A stretch of DNA of 64,000 nucleotides from Terriglobia bacterium (GCA_963666975.2 CAXVYR010000004.1:96001-160000); one strand, 5' to 3'; counted from the stretch's first letter, positions 1 to 10,913 are shown. The notes: a model not told the origin generated them from the sequence alone. Numbers and translations are program-made.

Positions 1-492
1 CGCCAAGCTTCTTGCCAGAAAATAAAGAAGATACGGAATCGCCCGGCAGGCCAATCGAAGTGGTTGTCCCAACAATGGGGATAAAACAGTAATCAAATTC
101 CTTTTTTGCCATTTACAGCAGGTTGAAAAGGAAAAACCGGAATGAACCCTTGAGCACGCTCAGGATGGGCACACTTTGCAGGGGAAGGGGCTGCAAAGTG
201 AAAAAGGAAGCGATACTCCCGAAAGTTGGCATTGTCAAGTTAACGGCGCGAAGGCGGTTTTGCCCTGGAGATCGTCCGAGGTTTCTCCTTTTCAGCAGGC
301 ACACGTCGCCGTCTTCCAGTCAGTGAAAGCTCGCTCCCGCAGGAGTCGATGATGGATCGCTTTGAGATGATGACGTGCGACCCGGAACAGGTTGTGAATC
401 GGGCCGTGGACCGAGAGGAATCGTTGAAGCTGTGCCGCTGATTGGAATCGACGCATCTGGCGTTCCTGCGGTGCTTCCGCAATCCGGTGTTG

Positions 493-1563
493 TTAAGCAG
501 CCATGGAGGTGACCAAGGCTTCCCGCCTCGGAGGATTCGTGTGAACGATGAGCACACAGACGATTCTGACCAAGGACAAAAAGTTCGGGATGGACGTGAA
601 AACATCACGGAACGTCAGCCTCTTTTTGGTCAGGCCTGCCTGCATTGCCGGCGTTCTGACTTCGCGCCCGAACTTCAGAGCCTGATGGGGTCTGAGGAAA
701 TTGTAATGGCATCGCAGCAGCTCCAGATGATCTTCCAGCCGCTGCGTTCGCCGAGCGTGACTGAGGGTCCGACGCCCGAGGTAGGCCGATAGCTGTCGGA
801 TCGTTAGATTCAACCGTTCGATGTAGGAAGTATTGAGCTTCCGCGAATCCTCCGAGTCGCGCCACACCTCCTTCCAACGCCAAGCCGCACCGATTCTAGC
901 TTTCCGTTGCACTTTGACCACGCGATCATTCCTTCGTTTCTTGATGACCTGGCCGTACAGGCAAGCGACGCCAAAGATTCGCCGAACAACTTGCCGATAG
1001 AACTTGAAGCCGTCCGTAGCGATCAGGGGGAGATGACTTCCCGCAGACCGAGCGCAAAGCTCTCGAAACAAGGTGAGCGTGTTGCGATAGCTCCGCCTCC
1101 CGACGACCGTAGCCGTCCAGAGACGAGACCAGACTTCAATGGAAGCGAAGATCCAAACAGGCGGACGCTCATTCCCACCGACCATTGCGCGGATCTCATC
1201 GGCCTGCAGTTCGCGGATTCGGATCCTTGTAATCCTTCGATCGTTGAATCGGCGACCGGCGGCAGCGGCTTTCTCCAGCCAGCGATCCACCGTGTTCCAA
1301 GCAATCTGCTGGACTCGGGCAATCGAGGATTTGTTCACTCCTTCGACGCTGAGAGCAGCGACTTCATCGAAGGTAGCTCGGCGATGCTGGAGCCGGTGAT
1401 AGACGGTTCCCCGGTTCCGGCAGAAGGTCCTGCGGCACATCTTGCATCGGAACCGACGGCGGCGGCCCCAGCGGGTTGGGTAGAATCCAAAACGAACGAT
1501 CATTCCCAAAGAGGGTTTTGTTCGCAGTAAACAATTCGCGTTTGGACAGCGGAGACTCTTCAT
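493..1563 (-). CDS. IS1-family-like DDE transposase (Zn ribbon + HTH + DDE)
   Basis: N-terminal CPNANC...CKMC Zn ribbon, HTH (NKSSIARVQQIAWNTVDRW), catalytic-type motifs QADE, TDG, IERLNLTIR and C-terminal YNFLRPH...RTPAMQAGL. Terminal repeats not identified. Confidence 0.8.
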   Translation of the reverse strand: MKSLRCPNANCLLRTKPSLGMIVRFGFYPTRWGRRRRFRCKMCRRTFCRNRGTVYHRLQHRRATFDEVAALSVEGVNKSSIARVQQIAWNTVDRWLEKAAAAGRRFNDRRITRIRIRELQADEIRAMVGGNERPPVWIFASIEVWSRLWTATVVGRRSYRNTLTLFRELCARSAGSHLPLIATDGFKFYRQVVRRIFGVACLYGQVIKKRRNDRVVKVQRKARIGAAWRWKEVWRDSEDSRKLNTSYIERLNLTIRQLSAYLGRRTLSHARRTQRLEDHLELLRCHYNFLRPHQALKFGREVRTPAMQAGLTKKRLTFRDVFTSIPNFLSLVRIVCVLIVHTNPPRREALVTSMAA

Positions 1564-1744
1564 GGCGTTTGGACCCGTTCGTCAGTAGAACTGATGAACT
1601 CAAAAATAGGTCTTAAACCATATCACATGAACGGGTTACAATCGCCTGAACAACAATTGTTTGCGGAAGCACCGCAATGCTGATTGCGGACTGGAAAACC
1701 AGAAGAGACAAGTGGAGGATTCTTGCTGCGTAGGAGGAGGACCC

Positions 1745-3622
1745 ATGCATAGAACATTGATAGTACTAAACCTGGTTTTGTTGTGCAGTATAGTTGGGAA
1801 GGCCCAACAGACGGACGTAGCAGCCAAGCTAGGTTATCCCCAGATGATCGTTTACAACGGCAAGATCGTAACGGTGGATGATGCCTCCTTTGAGTCACAG
1901 GTGGGGACCATAGTGCAGGCGATGGCGATCCGGGACGGTAAGATTCTGACGACGGGGAACAATGCAGAGATTCAGGCTCTGACCGGGCCGCAGACCCAAT
2001 CGATTGACCTCCAGGGTAGAACGGTGCTGCCGAGCTTCATCATGACCCACGAGCATCCCACCGACTGGGCCTTTCAGGAGCCCAAAGCCATCACGCATGT
2101 TTTGCCCAACGACGATGTGATCATCCATCGGTGGTTGCCGAACCTTCCACCCAGGGAACAATTTGCGCAGTTTGAGCCGACGTTGAGGGAGGCGGTGGCG
2201 AAGGCGAAACCCGGACAATGGATTCTGATCAGCTTCAATTGGGGGCCGGAATACCAGTGGGCCACGGAGATGCAGCCCTTTTTTCGAAGATCCGTCACCA
2301 AGGAATATCTCGATGTGGTGGCTCCGAACAACCCGCTGAAGGTAAAGAATGGGTTTATCACCTCGGTGGTAAACCAGAAAGCCATTGACGAGTTGCGCTC
2401 GGTTCATCCCACGCTGGACGCTATTTCAGCTACGCCAGAGGGTGTCGAGCAATATCTGAAAACCGGCGGTGGATTCAGCCGACCGATGGAACCGGATGCG
2501 ATGTTCAAGGGTAAGACCGCGCTGCTGGCTGATATCCTCAAGGCCGAAATGGAGTTGTGGTCCAGCCTGGGGACTACGACCTATGGTTCCTCTCCTTACG
2601 CATATCACAACTACCAGGCCTTGGACTATTTGGACAAAAAAGGGGAGATGCCGGCTCGCTTCGCCTGGGACTATACGGGGCCCGATTGGGGCATGGATAT
2701 GTTGCGGTACCTGGCAGGCTCATTGGGACACGGGACCGACCACCTCTGGTTGATTGGGGCGCGGGATGCTCCCGGGAGTAACTGTATGAGTGTTCCCATT
2801 CGGCCGGAGTGGCAAGCAGCACAGGGGCAGCAGGCCACTGGCGGGCTGTCGCGGTGCAATTTTGGCCCCGGAGGACGCGGCAGGGAAATTCTGGAGCGGA
2901 TTGTCAAGAGCGGGTTGCGGATAGGCGGGTTGCATAGCGGTGGAGACAAAGACATCGATTATCTGATGGACGTGATCGAGCAGGCCAGCCAGGAAATGGG
3001 CTTCACCCTGGAGGAAATCCGCGCCAAGCGCCATGCCTTTGACCATAGTGCGGAGGCCCCCCGGCCAGATCAGATCCCCCGCATTAAAAAGCTGGGGATG
3101 ATGGTAAGCCAGATCAATACCATTTTGTGGGAGACGCACCGCGGAGCGTCGGTGACCGCCAAGAAGTATGGGATTGAGTACACCGACTGGGTGGTGCCCC
3201 GGAAGAGTTTGACCGAGGCGGGGGTGATGACCACCTTCGAGATCGACCGGCCCTTACCCCACAAGGTGTTTTTCTTCATTACCAAAGGGATGAATCGGTA
3301 CAATGACCGGGACCAGAGGGTCTATGGGCCGAACCAGAGGACGGACCGAATTGTCCAACTGAAGGCCCTGACGGTGTGGGGAGGCTATTACGTCTTGCGG
3401 GAAAACCTGCTGGGTACGCTGGAGCCGGGTAAGTTTGCGGATTTCATCGTGCTGGATCGGGACTTCCTGACGGTCCCGGAGGCGGAAATCCCCGACACGA
3501 CGGTGTTGATGACGGTGGTGGGCGGCAAGACGGTGCATTTGGGCGCTTCGCTAGCGAGGGAGATCGGGATGCAGCCGGTGGGTCCGAGCACCTGGAAAGA
3601 AACGATCCCCGAAGGTTGGTAG
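1745..3622 (+). CDS. Secreted amidohydrolase family protein (amidohydrolase_3/YtcJ-like)
   Basis: GGAGGAGG RBS before ATG 1745; signal peptide; NGKIVTVD, IDLQGRTVLP, THEH metal motif, GTLEPGKFADFIVLDRD, VLMTVVGGK. Confidence 0.85.
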   Translation: MHRTLIVLNLVLLCSIVGKAQQTDVAAKLGYPQMIVYNGKIVTVDDASFESQVGTIVQAMAIRDGKILTTGNNAEIQALTGPQTQSIDLQGRTVLPSFIMTHEHPTDWAFQEPKAITHVLPNDDVIIHRWLPNLPPREQFAQFEPTLREAVAKAKPGQWILISFNWGPEYQWATEMQPFFRRSVTKEYLDVVAPNNPLKVKNGFITSVVNQKAIDELRSVHPTLDAISATPEGVEQYLKTGGGFSRPMEPDAMFKGKTALLADILKAEMELWSSLGTTTYGSSPYAYHNYQALDYLDKKGEMPARFAWDYTGPDWGMDMLRYLAGSLGHGTDHLWLIGARDAPGSNCMSVPIRPEWQAAQGQQATGGLSRCNFGPGGRGREILERIVKSGLRIGGLHSGGDKDIDYLMDVIEQASQEMGFTLEEIRAKRHAFDHSAEAPRPDQIPRIKKLGMMVSQINTILWETHRGASVTAKKYGIEYTDWVVPRKSLTEAGVMTTFEIDRPLPHKVFFFITKGMNRYNDRDQRVYGPNQRTDRIVQLKALTVWGGYYVLRENLLGTLEPGKFADFIVLDRDFLTVPEAEIPDTTVLMTVVGGKTVHLGASLAREIGMQPVGPSTWKETIPEGW

Positions 3623-6600
3623 AGTGTATGGAAATGCGAAGCGATTACAATTCTTGGGATAAGGTTTTATCAGTGCAAGTGCAGGACATGCGCGCGCACA
3701 GATCGGTAATGCAAAGTTTGACTCTGTCCACAACACTTCTGATCATGCTGCTTTTCTTGCCGGTAACAGGGGTGTCGGCACAGGCCACCCTGGCCACGTT
3801 GCGTGGCACGGTGCAGGATCAGTCAGGGGCTCCCCTCCCGGGAGCCACTGTGGTGACGAAAAACCTGGAGACGAGATTGAGCCGTACCGTCAGCAGCGAC
3901 GCAGAGGGACGGTTTGAAGTCCAACGATTGCTTCCTGGTACTTACGAAGTCCAGGCTTCCCAGGCTGGCTTTGTAAGCCAGTTGAAGGAAGGGTTGGAAC
4001 TAGGCGCGGAGCAATTGATGACCCTAGACTTCATGCTGGAAACAGGTTCTGGACCTCAGGAGCAGAGCACCCAAGGCATAGGCAGCGAAGCGGCAGAATC
4101 CTCCTCCGCCACCACCAATCGGATCAGTGAGAGCCAACTGGTAGGGCTCCCTCTAAACGGTCGCAGCTACACCCAGCTAGCCACGCTCGAGGCTGGCGTC
4201 AGTGATACCACCGCTGCATCTTCCTCCAGAGGCATTGGAGGAGGAGGTCTCACAATATCCGGAGGCCGTCGCACATCCAATGTTTTTTTGCTGGATGGGA
4301 CTAACATTATGAATTTGCGTAACGAAGCCCCCCGGAGTGCCGCGGGAGTTCAGCTTGGTTCGGACGCGGTGCTGCAGGTACAGGTTTTTAGCACGAACTA
4401 CTCCGCGGGATACGGCAGGAGCAGTGGCGGAATTATGAACTCCATTACCCGTTCCGGAACACCGGAGTTTCATGCCACGTTCTTTGAATATTTCCGTAAC
4501 AGCAAGCTGGACGCGCGTAATTTCTTTGATCCTGGTGCGGAGCCGCCGCCTTTCAAGCGCAACCAGTTCGGCTTCGTGCTGACGGGTCCGGTGCGGAAGG
4601 ACCGGACCTTCTTTATGGCGAGCTTCGAGGGGCTGCGCGATCGGCTGGCAGAGACAGATGTTAGCACTTTCCTTGATGCGGATGCGAGAAACGGGATCAT
4701 CACCGATGAGCATGGGGAAAAAATTGGGGAAGTAACGATCCACCCCAAGGTGGCCGAGTATTTGAAGCTTTTTCCGATTCCGAATTCCACCCGGCTGGGC
4801 GGCGGGGTAAGGGAAAACCGGACTCCTCGGTTTCTGCCGACGGATGAGGATTTTATTACCGTTCGTCTGGATCACCAGATTTCTGAGCGAGACAGTCTGT
4901 TTGGGCGCTATACCTTCGACGACGCCAACAGCATCGGTGGTGGAACCACGTTTTTGTTCCAAAGACAGCGAAATAGCCGGCAACAATATTTGACTTTGGT
5001 GGAAACCCATATTTTTAGCCCCAGCACTCTGAATTCTTTTCGTTTCGGATATACCCGACCGGTCGATGCTTCTGCTAATATTTCCTTAATTGAAATTCCT
5101 CGCGAGTTGTTTTTCGTTCCAGATGCTCCGGATTTCGGGCAGCTAGACATTCCCCGGTTAAGCACTTTTGGCCCTCAATCAGGAGGACCTCAAGCGACGA
5201 CAGTGAACACATTTCAGTTTGCCGACGACGTTGTATTACAGAGAGGGAGCCACGCGCTCAAATTCGGAGTTCAATTACATCGCTACCGTTGGGATACGTT
5301 CTCGAGCTCGAACAAGGGGGGCAGATGGTCGTTCAACAGCTTGGAGAGCTTTCTTGAACTGCGAGAGGAAGAGACTACTAACCTGACAGTAGTTCTGCCC
5401 GGCTCCGATAACAGCCAGGCGTGGCGCCAAACTTTGCTAGGTTTCTATTTTCAGGATGCCTACAACCTTAAGCCGAATCTGCAACTCGATCTAGGACTTC
5501 GGTACGAGTTCTCTACACTCATTCACGACAAGAACGGTAAATCCATCTTCGTTGCGGACCCATTTCGTGATACCGGGCCACAAATCGGTCCGTACCTGGA
5601 TCATAATCCCTCGCTGCGCAATCTTTCGCCTCGTGTGGGAATTAGTTGGACTCCCGGAAGCAGTGGGAATACGCAAATTAGAGCTGGCGGTGGTATTTAC
5701 TACGATCAATTGCTTCCGTTCGTGATCAGCTCGGCAAAAGCCACGGCTCCTTTTTACAAAAAAACTGTGCGTACTAATTTTGACGCCTCAGACGTTTTCC
5801 CGGACGCAGTAGCCGCTGTGGAGGGAGTGGCTTTGCAAGCTCAGGTCATGGATTACCACAATTTCACCACTTCCAGGATCTTCCGCTACAACTTCCAGAT
5901 CCAGCAGCAGCTACCAGGCGGTTGGCCTGTCCAGGCATCCTACGTAGGGGCTCGGGGGAACCATTTATTTCGAAAGTACGAAGCCAATCTGTATCCATTC
6001 CCAATCATTCAAGATGACGGATCGCTTTTTTTTCCTCCCGATGCAGGCCCAATCAATCCAGCTTTTTCCGGAGGGTTGACTATCGTGAGCAGCGATGCGC
6101 AGTCCTTCTACAATTCGTTTCGTCTTGCCACGAACAAGAGCTTCAACCAGGGAATCTCGCTACGAGCTAGCTACACATACAGCAAATCGGTGGACGATGG
6201 TTCTCGCGCATCAAATACCGATATGTGGCAGTATCCTTACCTGCGTACGCTAGAACGAGGTCTTTCCGACTTCGACATTCGTCACCGCTTGGTTTTCAAC
6301 TACTTTTACACTTTGCCTTTTGGAAGCAGTCAACGTTATGCGCAATCGGGCTTTCTGGCGCGCGTTTTCGGAGGCTGGCGCATGGGAGGAATCCTTCGGT
6401 TCCGCACCGGGACGCCTTTTACACCGGGAGTCAGGCTTCGCACGGCGGGCTTTCTGTTTGCTCCTACAAAACCGAATCTGCTTCCGGGTAAAAGCAAGAA
6501 CCCCGTCAATGGCGTGACCGCGGGCTGCGGCGATGCAGTACCAGCTGGCCAAGAGCTGGGAAGCCCCGATCGCTATTTCGACCCCTGCGTGTATGGTGTT

Positions 6601-6888
6601 CCGGATTCAGGCACTCTCGGCAATGCCGGTCGCAACACGATCATTAACCCTAGCGTCTTCAATATAGATGCTTCCCTTCAGAAAGAGCTTTCCTTGGGAG
6701 GTGACCGGAGTTTACAGTTTCGAGCCGAGTTCTTCAATCTACTAAACCACACCAATTTCAGCGGACCTAGGGGTTCGTCCTCCGATGTCTTTACAGGTAG
6801 TGGTCGCATTAACCGTTCCGTGGGCAGGATTAGCCGCACCGCCACCACTGCCCGGCAGATTCAGTTCGCCTTGCGATTCTCGTTTTAG
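3616..6888 (+). CDS. TonB-dependent receptor with carboxypeptidase-regulatory-like N-terminal domain (Oar-like)
   Basis: GTVQDQSGAPLPGATV, LPLNGRSY, FRNSKLDARNFF, RNQFG, FRAEFFNLLNHTNF, terminal RQIQFALRFSF. True start is probably 3688 or 3709. Confidence 0.92.
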   Translation: MVECMEMRSDYNSWDKVLSVQVQDMRAHRSVMQSLTLSTTLLIMLLFLPVTGVSAQATLATLRGTVQDQSGAPLPGATVVTKNLETRLSRTVSSDAEGRFEVQRLLPGTYEVQASQAGFVSQLKEGLELGAEQLMTLDFMLETGSGPQEQSTQGIGSEAAESSSATTNRISESQLVGLPLNGRSYTQLATLEAGVSDTTAASSSRGIGGGGLTISGGRRTSNVFLLDGTNIMNLRNEAPRSAAGVQLGSDAVLQVQVFSTNYSAGYGRSSGGIMNSITRSGTPEFHATFFEYFRNSKLDARNFFDPGAEPPPFKRNQFGFVLTGPVRKDRTFFMASFEGLRDRLAETDVSTFLDADARNGIITDEHGEKIGEVTIHPKVAEYLKLFPIPNSTRLGGGVRENRTPRFLPTDEDFITVRLDHQISERDSLFGRYTFDDANSIGGGTTFLFQRQRNSRQQYLTLVETHIFSPSTLNSFRFGYTRPVDASANISLIEIPRELFFVPDAPDFGQLDIPRLSTFGPQSGGPQATTVNTFQFADDVVLQRGSHALKFGVQLHRYRWDTFSSSNKGGRWSFNSLESFLELREEETTNLTVVLPGSDNSQAWRQTLLGFYFQDAYNLKPNLQLDLGLRYEFSTLIHDKNGKSIFVADPFRDTGPQIGPYLDHNPSLRNLSPRVGISWTPGSSGNTQIRAGGGIYYDQLLPFVISSAKATAPFYKKTVRTNFDASDVFPDAVAAVEGVALQAQVMDYHNFTTSRIFRYNFQIQQQLPGGWPVQASYVGARGNHLFRKYEANLYPFPIIQDDGSLFFPPDAGPINPAFSGGLTIVSSDAQSFYNSFRLATNKSFNQGISLRASYTYSKSVDDGSRASNTDMWQYPYLRTLERGLSDFDIRHRLVFNYFYTLPFGSSQRYAQSGFLARVFGGWRMGGILRFRTGTPFTPGVRLRTAGFLFAPTKPNLLPGKSKNPVNGVTAGCGDAVPAGQELGSPDRYFDPCVYGVPDSGTLGNAGRNTIINPSVFNIDASLQKELSLGGDRSLQFRAEFFNLLNHTNFSGPRGSSSDVFTGSGRINRSVGRISRTATTARQIQFALRFSF

Positions 6889-6965
6889 GCAGGGAAACTT
6901 TTTCTCGTGCTAGATTCATCTGATCCCGGATTTCTGACCTGACGGCTCTTCTTGCACCCAATGTC

Positions 6966-8282
6966 TCACCTTACCAGTATTGTGCGCTCACGAAGCCAGT
7001 CCAGCAGCAGAGGAGCATAGCCGGGCACAAAGCGCTTCAGCGTCGGGTATTCTTCTCTCGTGCCCGTCCGCGCTTCAAGAAGCATGTGATTGCCGCTGGG
7101 GAAAATCTTGATAGTGTAGTCGGCGACCTCTCCTTCTTGCAGGGCTACTCTCCATTTTTCGGCGTTCTGGTCAGGAAGCACGGTCTGGTCCAAACCCCCG
7201 AATAACGCCAGCACCGGCACTTGAAGTTTTGCGATAACCGGTCCGGGGGCGTAATCCATCGGGAGGCGCCGCCAATGCTCGAACATCCAGCTATTCGCCG
7301 AAGGCGGCACATGAGCGTGCGGAAACCATTTCGTCTTCCTGGATGTCTCTGCGGCTGCTTGGAAATCTTCCCAACTTAGCTTGCCGCGAGTCACTTGATC
7401 GAGAAGTTTCCTCAAAGCCAGGGCCTCCTGAACCGCATTTTCGGAGAACCCCCTGGCGTGCAGGTTGCGGGCTAGCTGCCCCAATTCCACCTCCGCCGGA
7501 CTCATGGCAGGGCCGGAAACGCTAATCACGAATGCGATGTCGTTTGACTGGGAAGCTGCCAGCGGAGCAACCCATCCTCCCTGGCTGGCGCCGAACACGC
7601 CGATCTTCTTTGAATCGATCTCCTTTCGGCTCTGCAGGAATTTGACGGCGGCTAGTGCATCCCCAGCCAGCTCTTCCAGACTGACGATGTGCCAGTCCCC
7701 CGTCGAACCTCCCACGCCGCGTTTGTCGTAGCTCAGGAGGGCTATTCCGTGGCGAACGAGGAAGTGGACGATAGGAAGCACGGTATTGCGATCCCCAGCG
7801 CCCGAGCCGTGAATGAGCACCATTGCGGGGTGGACCCCTTCCCCAGAGGGAGCAAATAAGATTCCCTCCAGAATGATCCCTCCGCTCCGGAAGCGCACTA
7901 TCTCCCGCTTGTAAGCTTCTAGCCTCCTGGCAGTCCGATCCGGAAATCCGTTTTGTTGCCGGACTAGGCTTGTAACCTCGCCTTCAGAATTCTGGACAAA
8001 GGTGATTTGCAGTTCGGTGGGAGTGAAAACAAGCAGGCCGGGACCCGCTGAGAATATACTCTCTGATATAGGAATAAGCGCTCTAAGCTGCCCCTTCTCA
8101 TCGGAATACGCCAGTTTAGTTGCATCTCCCGGCCAAGGTTGGATGTATACAAACTGTTCTGGAGAAAGCTCGTAAACCCCGGAAAACTTCTCCAAGTCCG
8201 TTAAGCGGACCTTTTCTTGGGCCCTTGCATGCACGGCCAAAATTGCCGCCGCTATTAAAACTATTGATGCAACACGTCCCAT
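6966..8282 (-). CDS. Secreted alpha/beta-fold hydrolase (S9/S15-like peptidase/esterase)
   Basis: Signal peptide from M at 8282 (ORF open to 8438); HGSG, YDKRGVGGSTGDW, nucleophile GASQGG, GGLD, GNH. Confidence 0.85.
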   Translation of the reverse strand: MGRVASIVLIAAAILAVHARAQEKVRLTDLEKFSGVYELSPEQFVYIQPWPGDATKLAYSDEKGQLRALIPISESIFSAGPGLLVFTPTELQITFVQNSEGEVTSLVRQQNGFPDRTARRLEAYKREIVRFRSGGIILEGILFAPSGEGVHPAMVLIHGSGAGDRNTVLPIVHFLVRHGIALLSYDKRGVGGSTGDWHIVSLEELAGDALAAVKFLQSRKEIDSKKIGVFGASQGGWVAPLAASQSNDIAFVISVSGPAMSPAEVELGQLARNLHARGFSENAVQEALALRKLLDQVTRGKLSWEDFQAAAETSRKTKWFPHAHVPPSANSWMFEHWRRLPMDYAPGPVIAKLQVPVLALFGGLDQTVLPDQNAEKWRVALQEGEVADYTIKIFPSGNHMLLEARTGTREEYPTLKRFVPGYAPLLLDWLRERTILVR

Positions 8283-8653
8283 CTTTCTAAGCCTCGAATA
8301 GAGGACAGCCATTGGATGCGATAACGAACCTGGAAGGATTGCCGCTTGCGACATATAAAACGGTTTCCTCAAGATACCACTCATTCTATACCGGTGGACC
8401 AGTGTTTGAATGGTTCCCGTGATTGTAGCAATTTGCATGTTCGTTCAGGCGCATATCTGTTACTGGATGGGAAGGTAAGCAATTCTTCCCATCCCATCCC
8501 CGCTTGCCGGCCGTTACCAGGGGATCGAACTGCAACAGGAAAAAGCCTTGGAGCACATGAAACGTTCCCCTGTTGAGTCTTGGAAAGAATCGCAGAAGGG
8601 CATCCGCATCACCGGCCACGCAGCACGATCCGTCACGTATCACTGATCATTAA

Positions 8654-10624
8654 TCACAGATCACTCATGACTGCTTTTCCCGGCGCATCTTTTCCCGACG
8701 CTTCCAGGGCGCGCGTAGTTTGCTCCCACTCTTTCATCATTTCATCCAAACGAGCGCGGCACTGGTCAATGCACCCGGAAAGACGTATGGATTCCTCTGA
8801 ACTCTTGAAGTGTGCGAGTTCCAGTTGGCATGCGGTGATTTCCGCTTCACAGCGGACGATCTCTTCCTCCAACTCGTCGCGGCGCTCCTTCATTTTTCGG
8901 ACCAGCAGGGGATTGAGCTTCTTCGTCCGTGTTCCCGGCTCTTTAGGTTTCTCAAACGCCCGCAATTCCCCGGTGGGCTGCGATTCGCCGATGGAAGCCG
9001 CCTGTCGGGCCGCATGGCTCTCCTTTTGCCATAGATAGTCTTCGTAATTGCCCGGATAATCTCGGAGATTGCCGCCCTCGATCTCAAAAATGCGAGTGGC
9101 CAGATGGTCAATGAAGTAACGGTCGTGGGAGACGAAGACCACCGTTCCGGTGAACTCCTGCAGCGCTTCGAGCATCACATCCTTGGCGCGCAGGTCGAGG
9201 TGATTGGTGGGTTCATCGAGCAGCAGAAAATTCTTCGGCTGCAGCAGCAGGCGCGCGAGCGCATAGCGGTTGCGCTCGCCGCCCGAAAGCACGCTGATGC
9301 GCTTGAAGACATCGTCATCGGAAAACAAGAAGCAGCCGAGCAGCGTGCGCAGTTGTGTCTGGCCGCTGAGGAGGGCGGGCGCGACGCTCGCGAGATCATC
9401 GAGCAGGCGGGCGCCGAGGTCGAGCGCTTTGTACTGGTCCTGCGCGAAATAATCCACTTCCACGTTGTGTCCCAGGCGGCATTCTCCGGCGGTTGCCGTT
9501 TCCGTGCCCGCCAGAAGCTTGATGAGCGTGGACTTTCCAGCGCCGTTGACACCCACCAGGCCCACACGGTCCCTGCGGTTGATGACGAAGTTCACATCGT
9601 CAAACACCTGCTTCCCGCCATAACTTTTGGAAACGCCGCGAAACTCGGCCACCATGCGCCCGCTCGCGGGAGGCTGGGGAAACGAGAAGTGGATGGTCTT
9701 TTCCTCTGCGGGCAACTCGATCCTTTCGATCTTCTCCAACTCCTTAACGCGGCTCTGCACCTGCTTTGCCTTGGTGGCCTGATAGCGAAAGCGATTGATG
9801 AAGGTTTCGAGATGCTGAATCCGCTTCTGCTGGTTGCGGTAGGCCGCCTCAAGCTGCGTGCGGCGCTCTGTTTTCTGTGTGAGGTACTTCTCGTAGTTGC
9901 CGCTGTAACTATAGACGCGGCGGTTCCAGATTTCGAAGATCTGATTCACCGTGGCGTCCAGAAAATAGCGGTCGTGGGAGACCAGGACAAACGCGAAGGG
10001 ATAATCCTTCAGGTACTGCTCCAGCCAGTTGCGCGCCTCCAGATCGAGGTGGTTTGTAGGCTCATCGAGCAGCAGGAGATTGGGCTTGCTCAGCAAAAGC
10101 TTGGCCAGCGCCAAACGCATCTGCCACCCGCCGGAAAGCTCTTGTGTGGGGCGGTTCGCGTCCTCGGAGGAAAAGCTCAGGCCCTGGAGCACCGCGCTGG
10201 CCTGCGCTTCCAGCGAGTAGCCTTGGCGTCCCTGGAATTCGGTCTCAATCCGGTGGTAGCGCTCAGTGACTCGCTGGAATTCATCACTCTGCGGATCCAC
10301 CTCCGCCATCCGGTGCGTGAGGGTTTCCATCTCTTTTTCCATTTCCAGCAAGTCCCCAAAAACGGAGAGACATTCTTCCAAGACCGTGCGCCCGGAGAGC
10401 GAGAGGCCATCCTGGGGAAGATAACCGGTGGCAATCGCTTTGGCGGCGGAAAGGGAGCCCTCATCGAGTGATTCGATGCCCGCCAGCACTTTCAGCAAGG
10501 TGGATTTGCCCGTCCCGTTCCCGCCCACCAGACCTACTCGATCCTTTGGGTTGACGAGCCAGTCGAGACCTTCGAAAAGGATTTTGGAGCTGAAGGATTT
10601 TCCAGCCGCAGAAAGTCGAATCAT
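8654..10624 (-). CDS. ABC-F family ATP-binding protein (YheS/Uup-like)
   Basis: Two ABC domains (GGNGTGKST, LSGGWQMR, LLLDEPTNHLD; GVNGAGKST, LSGGERNR), ABC_tran_Xtn-type linker, C-terminal coiled coil, no TM segments. Confidence 0.93.
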   Translation of the reverse strand: MIRLSAAGKSFSSKILFEGLDWLVNPKDRVGLVGGNGTGKSTLLKVLAGIESLDEGSLSAAKAIATGYLPQDGLSLSGRTVLEECLSVFGDLLEMEKEMETLTHRMAEVDPQSDEFQRVTERYHRIETEFQGRQGYSLEAQASAVLQGLSFSSEDANRPTQELSGGWQMRLALAKLLLSKPNLLLLDEPTNHLDLEARNWLEQYLKDYPFAFVLVSHDRYFLDATVNQIFEIWNRRVYSYSGNYEKYLTQKTERRTQLEAAYRNQQKRIQHLETFINRFRYQATKAKQVQSRVKELEKIERIELPAEEKTIHFSFPQPPASGRMVAEFRGVSKSYGGKQVFDDVNFVINRRDRVGLVGVNGAGKSTLIKLLAGTETATAGECRLGHNVEVDYFAQDQYKALDLGARLLDDLASVAPALLSGQTQLRTLLGCFLFSDDDVFKRISVLSGGERNRYALARLLLQPKNFLLLDEPTNHLDLRAKDVMLEALQEFTGTVVFVSHDRYFIDHLATRIFEIEGGNLRDYPGNYEDYLWQKESHAARQAASIGESQPTGELRAFEKPKEPGTRTKKLNPLLVRKMKERRDELEEEIVRCEAEITACQLELAHFKSSEESIRLSGCIDQCRARLDEMMKEWEQTTRALEASGKDAPGKAVMSDL

Positions 10625-10743
10625 ATGATGTGCCCGGTGTCTGCCAAACCGTCCAAGACGCGGAGCAGCTTGCTCGTTTCTCTCTTTTACTATAGCAGGC
10701 ATGGACGTTCATCGCGCGACAGGAGCGGCGCAGCGCAGGCTGG

Positions 10744-10874
10744 GAGATTTTTGAAAAACTGGTGTATGGGTCCGCTTGCTAACGCGCGCGGCTCGGCAAG
10801 TACAACCCAATCAGCACGCCCATTCCGAGCCGCGACCGTGAGGGAGCGGACAAATGTCGTTTTTCAACAACCTG
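10744..10874. mobile_element. MITE-like element (~131 bp) carrying a REP doublet; copy lacking the nested insert
   Basis: Ends GAGATTTTTGAAAAAC...GTTTTTCAACAACCTG followed by CTAG; interior homologous to 13940-14139 and 42613-42769. Confidence 0.75.
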
Positions 10875-10913
10875 CTAGACGGACTTTCCAGAAAAATACT
10901 ACAAATTTTTTTA

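Noticed and set aside
1-492. Terminal inverted repeats of the IS1-type element and short ORFs
   Set aside because: No convincing match to the 1564-1630 end; the short ORFs lack motifs.
9104-10471. Long antisense ORFs (also 14229-15164, 21072-22232, 44779-45900, 49537-51006, 60534-61952)
   Set aside because: Shadow frames of well-supported GC-rich genes, with no recognisable motifs.
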